A stretch of 59,373 nucleotides of DNA from an uncultured Acidobacteriota bacterium (GTDB lineage Bacteria > Acidobacteriota > Polarisedimenticolia > JACPZX01). The notes under the pieces are model-generated. The model saw only the letters and a list, made by a program, of their open reading frames with translations. It was not told the origin of the DNA and made no database searches. Below are positions 31,060 to 40,661 of the stretch, in pieces. The position numbers and the translations under genes were made by a program. Position 1 is the stretch's first letter, and each line of letters begins with the position of its first letter. Location of the stretch: positions 42,261-101,633 of the forward strand of contig CAZMRF010000008.1 of assembly GCA_964568735.1 (NCBI GenBank), given 5' to 3'.

Positions 31060-31193
31060 GAGCCCCGGCGAGCCCCGGATCCGTCGCGCTCTCCGACGTT
31101 CGCAAGGGGGCGCCTCCCGTCTTAGAATCCAGCAGCCGTAGCGGAGCGCCGGCCGGGGTGGCCTACGACTCCCTCGCATTCCGGAGAGACACC

Positions 31194-32270
31194 TTGAGAC
31201 GACGGTTCCTCCTGCTCGTGATGACCGGGACGATGGCGGCGAGTGCAGCTCTCGCGCAGCCCTCCAGCCCGTCCGGCCTGAACGTCTACCCCTCCTTCCA
31301 TCTCAAGTTCGAGAGGGGGGGCGGGACCTATCTTCTCGCCAGCACGATCATCGTGAACGTCAGCGACAAGACCGTGCGCGACCTGACGCTCCAGCAGACC
31401 TACCCCCACGACCTGGTGCCCACGGCCGCGCCGGCGGGCATCCACGAGTACTTCGCACGGCCCGAGGGCTTCGTGGAATCGGTCGAGGGTCAGGTCTACA
31501 CGATGACGACCCCATTGCTCCGCAGGGGCGAGATGACCTCCGCTCTGGCCCTGCTGAAATACGATGGACGTCCCTCCACCGCCGTGATCCCTCCGGCGCA
31601 GATCAAGTACGCCGCCGCGGGCGAGAGCTTCACCGAGAGCGGGCCCGCGCTCACGCTCGATCTCAAGAAGTACACGAAGTACAGCGGGACGCTCGCCGAG
31701 TTCATCAAGCGCTACGCCGGGATTCTCCTCGAGTTCCCCGAGTCGGAGGGACCGGACTGGGGCTTCTCGGGCTTCGCATCCAGCGTCAGGGCGAAGACGC
31801 CCATCGGCATGGTGGAGATCGAGGGCGATGCGGCGGAAGGGCGCTTCAGCCTGATCCGGGGGGAGCCGGGCGACACGAGGCTGCTCCTCGTGGCCTGGAA
31901 GGCCGAGCCGAATGCGGGCTTGGCCGAGAGCAGGGCCCAGGTGCTCGACGTGGTCCGGCGCCAGATCATGCCGTCAGCGGCCTTCGAGCTCGACATGGAA
32001 GGCGCCACCGTCGAGAAGGGCCGTCTCGGCCGGTACGAGGCCTGGATCATCGCCTCCCGCTGGACCGACAAGGTCGTGGACCGGCTGGGTGAGGGCCCCG
32101 CGCGGTGGTACCTCTACGACGACACGACCAGGAAGCGACGGTACCTCGTGCTGATCGCCACGCAGGGGCGGGGAGCCGGCCCGGGCAAGGCGGACACTCC
32201 CAACCCCGAGAAGGAAGCAGCCCTGATGAAGGAGCTCGAGCAGATCGCGAGCAGCTTCCGGGCGCTCTAG
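31194..32270 (+). CDS. Secreted hypothetical protein (signal peptide; TTG start)
   Basis: Signal peptide MRRRFLLLVMTGTMAASAALA/QP; ~358 aa with no recognisable motif. Confidence 0.5.
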   Translation: MRRRFLLLVMTGTMAASAALAQPSSPSGLNVYPSFHLKFERGGGTYLLASTIIVNVSDKTVRDLTLQQTYPHDLVPTAAPAGIHEYFARPEGFVESVEGQVYTMTTPLLRRGEMTSALALLKYDGRPSTAVIPPAQIKYAAAGESFTESGPALTLDLKKYTKYSGTLAEFIKRYAGILLEFPESEGPDWGFSGFASSVRAKTPIGMVEIEGDAAEGRFSLIRGEPGDTRLLLVAWKAEPNAGLAESRAQVLDVVRRQIMPSAAFELDMEGATVEKGRLGRYEAWIIASRWTDKVVDRLGEGPARWYLYDDTTRKRRYLVLIATQGRGAGPGKADTPNPEKEAALMKELEQIASSFRAL

Positions 32271-32285
32271 GAGCCCGGCAGGATC

Positions 32286-33236
32286 ATGCCCCGCCTCCGG
32301 CGGTCCCTCCTCGGCGCTGCGGCAGCCTGCGTCGTCGCCTGCGCGGGGTCCTGGCTGGCGGGAGAGGTCAGCCCTCTGACCCTCTACCAGAAGACCGCGC
32401 GCGCGGCGCTCGTGGCCAGGGTCCGAGCCACCGACGACAGCACGCGACGCCCCACGCTCGAGGTCCTTCACGTATTCAAGGGGGACTACACACGGCCCTA
32501 CCTGACGATCGTGCCCTTCAGGCAGGACTACGCCAGCGAGAAGCCGTGGCTCCGCTCGGAAGTCTTCAGGGAAGGCCGGGAATACGTGCTCTTCCTGGAT
32601 CCCTACCACGAGGAGGCGAAGGCGGGCGATTTTCCCGTCGAGACTCCGGAGGCAGCCCCTCCGGAGGAGAACTCGCTCTTCGTCGTGCTCAACGCCCATC
32701 TCGGCGTGCTCGACGTTCCAGCCGAGGGCGGCGAGGCCCTCACCGGCGCCCTGGAGAGATTCGCCTCGATTCTCGCGCTGCGCGAGTTCGATCTCCAGGC
32801 GCGCGCCTTCCGCGCCCTTCTGCGCGAACCCAACCCGTACCTGCTGGAAGCGGGTCTCGACGAGGTCGCACGCTTCCGCCTGGCCACGGAGGACGATCTG
32901 GATCCTCTGGAGGCCACGCTCGGATCCGTTCGGCCCTCGTTCCGGCGATCGGCCGCCGAGATCCTCGGCCAGATCGGGGACGACGCCCGGCGGGCGGGAA
33001 GGAGGCTCTCCCGCCAGAGCGAGATCGTCGACAGGATCGCCGCGCGGGCCCTGACGGACGAGGCCGCCGAGGTGCGCGCCGAGTCGGCGAGGAGCCTCGG
33101 GCTCCTCGGTGGACCGGAGGCCGGGGCGCTCCTGCGCCGGATCAGCCGGCAGGATGCCGACCAGCAGGTCCGCTACAGCGCCGAGGTCGCCCTGGCGGAG
33201 ATCGAAGGAGGCCTTCCGCCCCCGCGCCACCGGTGA
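32286..33236 (+). CDS. HEAT-repeat (PBS-lyase-like) protein with N-terminal signal or lipoprotein-like sequence
   Basis: C-terminal repeats of the form R.SAAE.LG.IGD..A...L, VRAESARSLGLLGGPEAGALL, and QQVRYSAEVAL. N-terminal LLGAAAACVVACAG. Confidence 0.5.
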   Translation: MPRLRRSLLGAAAACVVACAGSWLAGEVSPLTLYQKTARAALVARVRATDDSTRRPTLEVLHVFKGDYTRPYLTIVPFRQDYASEKPWLRSEVFREGREYVLFLDPYHEEAKAGDFPVETPEAAPPEENSLFVVLNAHLGVLDVPAEGGEALTGALERFASILALREFDLQARAFRALLREPNPYLLEAGLDEVARFRLATEDDLDPLEATLGSVRPSFRRSAAEILGQIGDDARRAGRRLSRQSEIVDRIAARALTDEAAEVRAESARSLGLLGGPEAGALLRRISRQDADQQVRYSAEVALAEIEGGLPPPRHR

Positions 33237-33249
33237 CGCAGGAGCCGCT

Positions 33250-33277
33250 GCGATCCAGCCTTGACAGCCCGGCCGCC
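33250..33277 (+). promoter_or_regulatory. Candidate sigma-70 promoter for glnA (TTGACA-16-TAACAT)
   Basis: TTGACA at 33250-33255; TAACAT at 33272-33277; ~155-nt leader to glnA. Confidence 0.35.
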
Positions 33278-33434
33278 GGTGGTAACATCGCCGCCCATCG
33301 CGTCTGACTGCGTTTCCCTCCATTCCTGACGTCGTGACCAAATCGCCCGGCTGCCGGCTGGACTCCATCCCGAGCAGGGGAGAGTCCCTACCCGGCCATA
33401 CCCTGGGCCGCCAGCGCCCGCGGAGAGAGCAGAG

Positions 33435-34847
33435 ATGAAGTCCGCCGAGGTCCTCAAGCTCATCAAGGACAAGAGCATCGCCATCGTGGACGTGAAGTTC
33501 ATGGACCTGCCGGGCCTCTGGCAGCACTGCTCGTTTCCGTCCCACGAGCTGACCGAGGAGTCCTTCAGCGAGGGATTCGGCTTCGACGGGTCGAGCATCC
33601 GCGGCTGGCAGTCCATACACGAGAGCGACATGCTGGTCGTGCCCGATCCGGCCACCGCCTGCATCGATCCCTTCATGCCCGTCCCGAGCCTTCACATCGT
33701 GGGCAACATCGTGGATCCCACGACCAAGGCCAAGTACCACAGGGACCCCCGGTACATCGCGCAGAAGGCCGAGGCCTACCTCTTGAGTACGGGCATCGCC
33801 GATACGATCTATTTCGGCTCCGAGGCCGAGTTCTTCATCTTCGACGACATCCGCTTCGATCAGCGCGAGAACATGGGCTTCTACTTCATCGACTCCGTGG
33901 AAGGCCGCTGGAACAGCGGCAAGGACGAGAAGCCCAATCTCGGGTACAAGCCGAGATTCAAGGAGGGGTACTTCCCCGTGCCTCCCACCGATGCGCACCA
34001 TGACCTGCGCACGGAGATGGTGCTTCTCATGGAGCAGGTCGGGCTCACGGTCGAGGCTCACCATCACGAGGTCGCGACCGCCGGGCAGCAGGAGATCGAC
34101 ATTCGGTACACGACGCTCACGCGCGCGGCCGACAACCTGATGCTGTACAAGTACATCGTCAAGAACTGCGCGCGGCGGCACAACAAGACCGTCACCTTCA
34201 TGCCGAAGCCCCTGTTCAACGACAACGGATCCGGGATGCACTGCCATCAGAGCCTCTGGCGGGGAGGACAGCCGCTCTTCGCCGGCAACGGCTACGCCGG
34301 GCTGAGCGAGATGTGCCTCCACTACATCGGGGGAATCCTGAAGCATGCCGCGGCGATCGTGGCCTTCGCGGCGCCCACGACGAATTCCTACAAGAGGCTT
34401 GTGCCCGGCTTCGAGGCGCCGGTGAACCTGGCCTACTCGCGCCGGAACCGCTCCGCGGCCGTGCGCATCCCGATGTACTCCAACAACCCGAAGCAGAAGC
34501 GCCTCGAGTTCCGTCCCCCCGATCCCTCGTGCAATCCGTACCTGGCCTTCGCCGCGATGCTCCTGGCAGGACTCGACGGAATTCAGAACCGGATCGATCC
34601 GGGCCAGCCCCTCGACAAGGACATCTACGGGCTGACGCCGGAGGAGCTGCAGGGAGTCCCGACGCTCCCGGGCAGCCTCGATGAGTCGCTCGCCGCCCTC
34701 GAGAAGGACCACGAGTTCCTGCTCAAGGGGGAGGTCTTCACCGAGGACGTCATCCGCACCTGGGTGAACTACAAGCGCCGGCACGAGATCGACCCGATCC
34801 GGATGCGCCCCCACCCCTACGAATTCGCCCTCTACTACGACATCTGA
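33435..34847 (+). CDS. glnA: Glutamine synthetase type I
   Basis: 470 aa. [54 protein letters not shown]; adenylylation-loop region present. Confidence 0.95.
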   Translation: MKSAEVLKLIKDKSIAIVDVKFMDLPGLWQHCSFPSHELTEESFSEGFGFDGSSIRGWQSIHESDMLVVPDPATACIDPFMPVPSLHIVGNIVDPTTKAKYHRDPRYIAQKAEAYLLSTGIADTIYFGSEAEFFIFDDIRFDQRENMGFYFIDSVEGRWNSGKDEKPNLGYKPRFKEGYFPVPPTDAHHDLRTEMVLLMEQVGLTVEAHHHEVATAGQQEIDIRYTTLTRAADNLMLYKYIVKNCARRHNKTVTFMPKPLFNDNGSGMHCHQSLWRGGQPLFAGNGYAGLSEMCLHYIGGILKHAAAIVAFAAPTTNSYKRLVPGFEAPVNLAYSRRNRSAAVRIPMYSNNPKQKRLEFRPPDPSCNPYLAFAAMLLAGLDGIQNRIDPGQPLDKDIYGLTPEELQGVPTLPGSLDESLAALEKDHEFLLKGEVFTEDVIRTWVNYKRRHEIDPIRMRPHPYEFALYYDI

Positions 34848-34873
34848 GGGCGGGGGAGGAGCGTTCCGGCGCG

Positions 34874-37800
34874 GTGGCGGCCAGCGGCATAGGAGAGCAG
34901 CCGGATTCGCATGACCTGCTCGGGCGCTGCTCCGGCGCCTTCCCGGATCCCACTCGAGCAGCGGCGGAGATCACACGGCTCGCGCGGGGCGCCTCACCCA
35001 GGGCGCTCAAGCTCGCCACACTCCTCTCCACGGTCCCCGATCCCGAAGGAGCCCTGGGCAGCCTCGGGAGGCTTTCCGAAGCGGGCAGGCTGCCGGAACG
35101 AGACGAAGCCCTACGCGCGCTGATCCTGCTCGCGGGCCACAGCGCGTGGCTTGCCGAAGTCATCCAGGTCGATGGCAGGGCGCTGGAGGCCGCGATCGAG
35201 GCGCGCCGCCAGCCGGTGCCGGCAGCCGATGGCGTGCGGGAGGCCCTCCGGCGCTCCCTGCGAACCTCGAGCCCGGGTGGCTTCTGGCGATCCCTCCGCT
35301 CCTTCAAGGAGCGCCAGATCGCGGCCATCGCGCTGAGGGACTTCCACCGCGAGTGGCCGATGACCGAGGTCGTCGAGCAGCTCTCGTTCCTGGCCGACGC
35401 GATTGTCGCGGAAGCCCTCGGCCGGGCGCTCTCGGAGGCGATGGCGGAGTTCGGCGCCCCGCTGGGGTACGACGCTTCCGGCAGGCGGAAGAAGGCCACG
35501 GCCACCGTGATGGCCCTCGGGAAGCTGGGCGGGCTGGAGCTGAACTACTCCTCGGACGTCGATCTGCTCTTCCTCTACTCGCACGACGGAGAGACGCGGG
35601 GGGCCGGAAGCGACCCGGCCACCGTCATCACCAACAAGGAGTTCTTCACCCGCGTCGCCGAGATCCTGACGCGCGGTCTGTCGGCTCCCGAAGGGGGCGG
35701 ATGGATCCTCCGGGTCGACTGGGGACTGAGGCCGGGAGGCAAGGACGGCGACCTGGCGCTGCCGCTCCACGCGACCGTCGCCTACTACCGCACCTGGGCC
35801 CGCCCGTGGGAGAGGCAGGCCTTGATCAAGGCCCGCACGGCGGCGGGAGATGGGAGGCTCGGGCGCAGGTTCATCTCCCAGATCCAGGAGCTCGTCTACC
35901 CGCGCGCTCCGGAGGCGGACGCGACCGACGCCATCCGGGTCATGAAGGACAGGATCGACGCCTCGCTGGCGGGGAGCGGCAGGACGGGCTTCGATCTGAA
36001 GCTCGGGCGGGGCGGCATCCGAGAGATCGAGTTCCACGTGCAGGGCCTTCAGATCCTGCATGCCGGCCCCGATCCCTGGCTGAGGGATCCGAACTCGCAG
36101 CGGGCGCTCCACCGCCTCGCGGAGCGAGGGCACCTCTCCCGCGCCGAGCACGCGACGCTCACCGCCGCCTACCAGTTCCTCAGGGAGGCCGAGCACCGGA
36201 TCCAGATCCGGCAGAACCTCCAGCGCTCGACGCTACCCTCCGATGAGCGCGAGCTCGTGATCCTAGCGCGGGCCATGTCATACGCAGACTTGGCCCCCGG
36301 AAGGGCGGCCGAGATGTTCCTCGCCGATCTCGACCGCCACCGCGGCGAGGTCCGCCAGCTCTACGACGCCTTCATCGCCTCGCAGTCGCAGAAGCGTCTG
36401 GAGCGGCCCATCGCCCCCGACCTCTTCCTCGATCCAATGAGCGATTCGGAGATGATGGAGATCCTCTCGGGGGCGGGCTGCTCCGACCCGGGCGCGCTCG
36501 TCGTGGTCATCCGGAGGGCCCGGCGGCACCTGACCGCGCCTTCCGTGCCCGTCGAGAACCGGCGAGCCTTCCGCCAGGTGACCCCGGTGATCTTGCGCGG
36601 GATCACGTCCGTGGCCAGCGCGCCACGTTCCCTCCGGAACCTCGAGAGGCTCCTCGAGAGCCTCGCCGTGGATCCCGCGGGCATGATGGCCTTCCTCGAG
36701 CGGCCCGAGCGGTTCGCACCGATCCTGCGCCTCTTCGGAGGGAGCCAGCCGCTCTCCGACCTCCTGATCCACCGGCCCGCGCTGATGCTCGATCCCGCCT
36801 TCGATCGCGCCCTGGCCTCCGACCGGACCCTGACGGCGCACGTCGCCGCCGTGCGCGCGCGAGTCAGATCGGGGGGCTCCTTCGCCGGCAACCTCGCGGC
36901 GCTGCGCCACTACCAGCAGGAGGAGCTCCTGCTCATCGGGTTGAAAGATCTCAGCCGCCAGATGAACATCCGCGCCGTGCGGCGCGCCCTCACGGACCTC
37001 GCCGAGGCCTGCGTCCGCGGGGCCTACGCGGCCGCCGTCTCGGGGATGCGCTTCGAGGGCAGGCCGGTCCCGAGGCACGTTTCCGTCCTGGGCCTGGGGC
37101 GTCTCGGGTACCGCGAGATGGACTACGGTTCCGACCTCGATCTCGTCTTCCTCTATCACGCCGCGGGCGCCGATGCCGCGACGCACGCGGCGGCATGCGA
37201 TCTGGCGACGCGGGTGGTGGAGGCGCTCGACACCATCACGCGCGAGGGTCCCCTGTACGCCGTGGACACTCGACTCCGCCCCTTCGGAGCCGAGGGCGAG
37301 ATGGCCCAGACCTCGGCCTCCCTCCTCGACTACCTGAGGGAGCAGGCGGGCGTCTGGGAGATGCAGGCGTACCTGAAGGCCCGCTGCGTCGCCGGAGACC
37401 TCCGCGCGGGTGAGCGCGCCGTCCGCAGGGCGGAGCAGGCGATCCTCGAGCGTGCGTCCAGGGAGGATCCGGGAGCCGCCATCCGCGCCATGCGGGAGCG
37501 GCTGAGAGCGGCCTCGGAACATCCCGACGAGGACCTCAAGAGCGGGATCGGGGGAACCTACGCCATCCAGTTCACGCTCCAGTACCTCCAGCTGCGGCAC
37601 CACGTTCCTTCCCCGCCCGCGAGAAACACGCTCAGGCTCATGCGCACGATGCGCGATCTCGACCTCATCGGCGAGAAGAGCTACACGTTGCTCTTCAAGG
37701 CGGAGAGGTTCCTCCGCCGCCTCGAGCACCAGCTCAGGCTGATCCACGGACGGTCTGTGACGCGGATCCCGGAGAACCGGGACCTCCTCGCGGAGGTCGC

Positions 37801-37936
37801 AGCCGGCCTCGGCTACGACGGGCCTCCCGAGGAAGCCGTGGAGTCGCTCGGCAGGGACCTGAGAGCCAACCGCGCGGCGGCCGAGGAGGCCTTCGAGCGC
37901 GTCATTTCACCCGGGGCGGCCGGCGGACGCCATTGA
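34874..37936 (+). CDS. glnE: Bifunctional glutamine synthetase adenylyltransferase/adenylyl-removing enzyme
   Basis: Two nucleotidyltransferase domains (GKLGGLELNYSSDVDLLFLY and LGLGRLGYREMDYGSDLDLVFLY); ~1020 aa; immediately after glnA. Confidence 0.88.
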   Translation: MAASGIGEQPDSHDLLGRCSGAFPDPTRAAAEITRLARGASPRALKLATLLSTVPDPEGALGSLGRLSEAGRLPERDEALRALILLAGHSAWLAEVIQVDGRALEAAIEARRQPVPAADGVREALRRSLRTSSPGGFWRSLRSFKERQIAAIALRDFHREWPMTEVVEQLSFLADAIVAEALGRALSEAMAEFGAPLGYDASGRRKKATATVMALGKLGGLELNYSSDVDLLFLYSHDGETRGAGSDPATVITNKEFFTRVAEILTRGLSAPEGGGWILRVDWGLRPGGKDGDLALPLHATVAYYRTWARPWERQALIKARTAAGDGRLGRRFISQIQELVYPRAPEADATDAIRVMKDRIDASLAGSGRTGFDLKLGRGGIREIEFHVQGLQILHAGPDPWLRDPNSQRALHRLAERGHLSRAEHATLTAAYQFLREAEHRIQIRQNLQRSTLPSDERELVILARAMSYADLAPGRAAEMFLADLDRHRGEVRQLYDAFIASQSQKRLERPIAPDLFLDPMSDSEMMEILSGAGCSDPGALVVVIRRARRHLTAPSVPVENRRAFRQVTPVILRGITSVASAPRSLRNLERLLESLAVDPAGMMAFLERPERFAPILRLFGGSQPLSDLLIHRPALMLDPAFDRALASDRTLTAHVAAVRARVRSGGSFAGNLAALRHYQQEELLLIGLKDLSRQMNIRAVRRALTDLAEACVRGAYAAAVSGMRFEGRPVPRHVSVLGLGRLGYREMDYGSDLDLVFLYHAAGADAATHAAACDLATRVVEALDTITREGPLYAVDTRLRPFGAEGEMAQTSASLLDYLREQAGVWEMQAYLKARCVAGDLRAGERAVRRAEQAILERASREDPGAAIRAMRERLRAASEHPDEDLKSGIGGTYAIQFTLQYLQLRHHVPSPPARNTLRLMRTMRDLDLIGEKSYTLLFKAERFLRRLEHQLRLIHGRSVTRIPENRDLLAEVAAGLGYDGPPEEAVESLGRDLRANRAAAEEAFERVISPGAAGGRH

Positions 37937-37962
37937 CACTCGCTTCGAGCGGGTCCTATCAT
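37933..37962 (+). promoter_or_regulatory. Candidate sigma-70 promoter (TTGACA-18-TATCAT) upstream of the cNMP/FHA gene
   Basis: TTGACA at 37933-37938; TATCAT at 37957-37962. Confidence 0.3.
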
Positions 37963-38002
37963 CGGCCTCCATCGGCGTGATCCCCGCGCCGTCCCTCCGC
38001 GC

Positions 38003-38839
38003 ATGGCCAACCCCTTCAAGGACTACATCGTCAAGCTGAGAGCCGGTGACCTGGTTTTCAAGGCCGGCGACCCGGGGACGGAGATGTACATCGTCCAGTC
38101 GGGAACGGTCGAAGTCTTCTCGGAAGGCCCGCGGGGCTCCACCGTCCTCGCCGTGATGGAGAAGGGCGACTTCTTCGGGGAGATGGCGCTCCTCGACGGC
38201 GCGCCTCACATGGCCTCCGCCCGGGCCGTCGAGGATGTCGAGCTCATCGAGATCAACAGCACTCTCTTCGACCGGATGATCAAGGCGAACACCGAGATCG
38301 CCGTGCGAATGCTCAGGAAGCTCTCCATCCGGCTGCGTGAGGCCAACAAGGCTCTCGACGGAGCGCTCGCAGCCGGCGACCGCGAGGCCCCCCCCCTCCC
38401 CGAAGCACCCGCCGCCGCCATCCCGGCGGACGCCGCTCGCACGAAGGCGGAGCCGGCGTCCCCCTCGCATGGGGCTCTCAGGGCACCGGACATGGCCTCC
38501 CTCGAGGGCTGCCATGCCTTCTTCCACGCGGAGGAAGGACAGGAGACATTTCCCATCCGGACCGACAAGGCCGTCCTGGGCCGGTTCGATCCCGTGACCG
38601 GGCTCAAGCCGGAGGTCGATCTCTCCAGCGCCGACATCAACCGTTCGGTCTCACGCCAGCACGCCCGGCTCACGCAGGAGGGCGGGGTCTACTACCTCTG
38701 CGAGGAGCCCGGCGCCCTCAACGGCACGTTCATCAACGGCAGGAAGCTCATCACGGGGAAGCCCACCCGCATCCGAGACGGCGACGCCGTCACGCTCGGA
38801 ATGGTCAAGATGACCTTCCGGGAAGCGGGGAAGAGTTGA
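38003..38839 (+). CDS. Cyclic-nucleotide-binding domain protein with C-terminal FHA domain
   Basis: cNMP-binding fold (GDLVFKAGDPGTEMYIVQSGTVEVF...GDFFGEMALLDGAPHMASARAV...). After an Ala/Pro linker comes an FHA domain (GRFDPVTGLKPEVDLSSADINRSVSRQHARLTQEGGVYYLCEEPGALNGTFINGRKL...DGDAVTLG). Confidence 0.75.
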   Translation: MANPFKDYIVKLRAGDLVFKAGDPGTEMYIVQSGTVEVFSEGPRGSTVLAVMEKGDFFGEMALLDGAPHMASARAVEDVELIEINSTLFDRMIKANTEIAVRMLRKLSIRLREANKALDGALAAGDREAPPLPEAPAAAIPADAARTKAEPASPSHGALRAPDMASLEGCHAFFHAEEGQETFPIRTDKAVLGRFDPVTGLKPEVDLSSADINRSVSRQHARLTQEGGVYYLCEEPGALNGTFINGRKLITGKPTRIRDGDAVTLGMVKMTFREAGKS

Positions 38840-38908
38840 CGCGGCTCCCCGCGCGCCCGGTGGCCTTCGGGAAGCTGGAGGCGGCCCGGGCCGCCATCGG
38901 GCTCAGCC

Positions 38909-39697
38909 ATGCAGGTTGAAGGCGATAGTCCCAGCGTGAAGCTTCCCTCCTTCGAGGGCCCGCTCGACCTGCTCATTCACCTGATCCGGATCAACGAGGT
39001 CGACATCTACGATATCCCGATCGTCGAGATCACGCGGCAGTTCGACTCCCACCTCCAGCTCATGCGCGAGCTGGATCTCGGCGTTGCCGGCGAATACCTC
39101 GTGATGGCGGCAACTCTCGTTCAAATCAAGTCGCGGATGCTGCTGCCGGCCGCGCCGGGCGCCGAGGAGGCCGGGGAGGATCCCAGGGCCGATCTCGTCC
39201 GCCAGCTCATCGAGCACGAGAAGCTGCGAGCGGCGGCCGAGAACCTGCGCGACCTCGCCGAGGCCAGGGAGGACGTCTACCTCCGCCCCGGCGATCCGCT
39301 GGGCCCCTTTGAAGGCGAGTCCTGGATCACCGTCTCTCTCTTCGATCTCGTCTCCGCGCTCAAGAGCACCCTCGACCGCCTCGAGGCCGGGCGGACCGTG
39401 GCGGTCACGCGGGAGGAGTTCTCCATCGAGGACAAGATCGACTGGATCCTGGAAACCCTCGCGCACCTCGGCGCGAGGCAGTTCGGCGAGCTGCTGGCGG
39501 CCTTCCCGTCGCGAGGAGAGAAGATCGTGACTTTCCTGGCGCTGCTCGAGCTGATCCGGCAGCGGAGGATCATGGCCGCCCAGAGAGAGCCGGGTGCGGA
39601 GATCTATCTCATGGGGCGATCCGAGCCCGCCGACGGCCCGATGGCTCCGGCCGCGCTGGGAACCGGGGACGATGTGGAGGAGAGCCGGGATGCCTGA
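38909..39697 (+). CDS. scpA: Segregation and condensation protein A
   Basis: FEGPLDLLIHLIRINEVDIYDIPIVEIT..., 262 aa, followed by scpB. Confidence 0.9.
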   Translation: MQVEGDSPSVKLPSFEGPLDLLIHLIRINEVDIYDIPIVEITRQFDSHLQLMRELDLGVAGEYLVMAATLVQIKSRMLLPAAPGAEEAGEDPRADLVRQLIEHEKLRAAAENLRDLAEAREDVYLRPGDPLGPFEGESWITVSLFDLVSALKSTLDRLEAGRTVAVTREEFSIEDKIDWILETLAHLGARQFGELLAAFPSRGEKIVTFLALLELIRQRRIMAAQREPGAEIYLMGRSEPADGPMAPAALGTGDDVEESRDA

Positions 39698-40313
39698 GCA
39701 GGAAGGGGAGCGTCGAGTACCAGGTGAAACCACGATGAGGGCGATCCTCGAGGCCCTGCTCTATGCCACACCGGACCCCGTGACAATCGAGGAGCTGAAG
39801 GAAGCCTTCGGCGCGGAGCGGGCGGCGGAGGTGGACGCGGCGCTCGCGGCCCTGGCGGAGGACTACCGGCGGCCCGATGGCGGGCTTCGAGTCGAGAGGG
39901 TAGCGGGCGGCTACCGGATCACGACCCGGCCGGAGCTGGCCGATATCCTGCGCGAGTTCGTCCGCCGGCGCAACCGCTCACGCCTCTCGAGAGCCGCTCT
40001 CGAGACGCTCGCCGTCGTCGCCTACCGCCAGCCCGTGACGGCCCCGGAGATCGAGGCGGTCCGCGGAGTCTGCCCCTCGGCCATCCTCCGATCCCTGCTC
40101 GAGAAACGGCTCATCCGGATCTGCGGGCGCAAGAAGGTCGTCGGCAACCCCTTTCTCTACGAGACCACCGGCGAGTTCCTCGAGCATTTTGGGCTGAACT
40201 CCGTCGAGGATCTCCCCTCGCTCGAGGAGTTCTCTGCCGTCCTCGACGAGATCCAGCCGGCCGGCCCGGGGACGGAGGACAGGGGAGCCGCCGAGGGCGA
40301 GAGCAGCCCCTGA
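39690..40313 (+). CDS. scpB: Segregation and condensation protein B
   Basis: ILEALLYATPDPVTIEEL...AGGYRITTRPE...LETLAVVAYRQPVTAPEIEAVRGV (winged-helix repeats). Start overlaps the scpA stop. Confidence 0.88.
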   Translation: MPEQEGERRVPGETTMRAILEALLYATPDPVTIEELKEAFGAERAAEVDAALAALAEDYRRPDGGLRVERVAGGYRITTRPELADILREFVRRRNRSRLSRAALETLAVVAYRQPVTAPEIEAVRGVCPSAILRSLLEKRLIRICGRKKVVGNPFLYETTGEFLEHFGLNSVEDLPSLEEFSAVLDEIQPAGPGTEDRGAAEGESSP

Positions 40314-40661
40314 TCACCTGGTGGCCGCACAACCATCCCTCCCGTCCGCGTGTCCCTAGATCCGCGAGGCCGGAAGCGACGGGTGCCTCGCTAGGAGCCC
40401 CGGTACCCGCCGGGTGCGGCTGAAGGGCGAATCGAGTGTCAACCACAGCACGTCCACGCATATCCCCTGTCGTTGACTCCCTTTGAAGCACTGTGTTACG
40501 GTGCCGCGCCTCTCATCCAAGGCCCTGAGAACAGCCCGATCCCTCGCGGGGACAGCCTCGAAGGGGCGCCGCCCGGGGGGGGGGTACGGCCGCGCCTCCC
40601 GGACCCGCCCGGAGGCAGCAGGGGAGCGCTCCCGGGGGGGAGCCGGCAAGGAGCAGACCCA

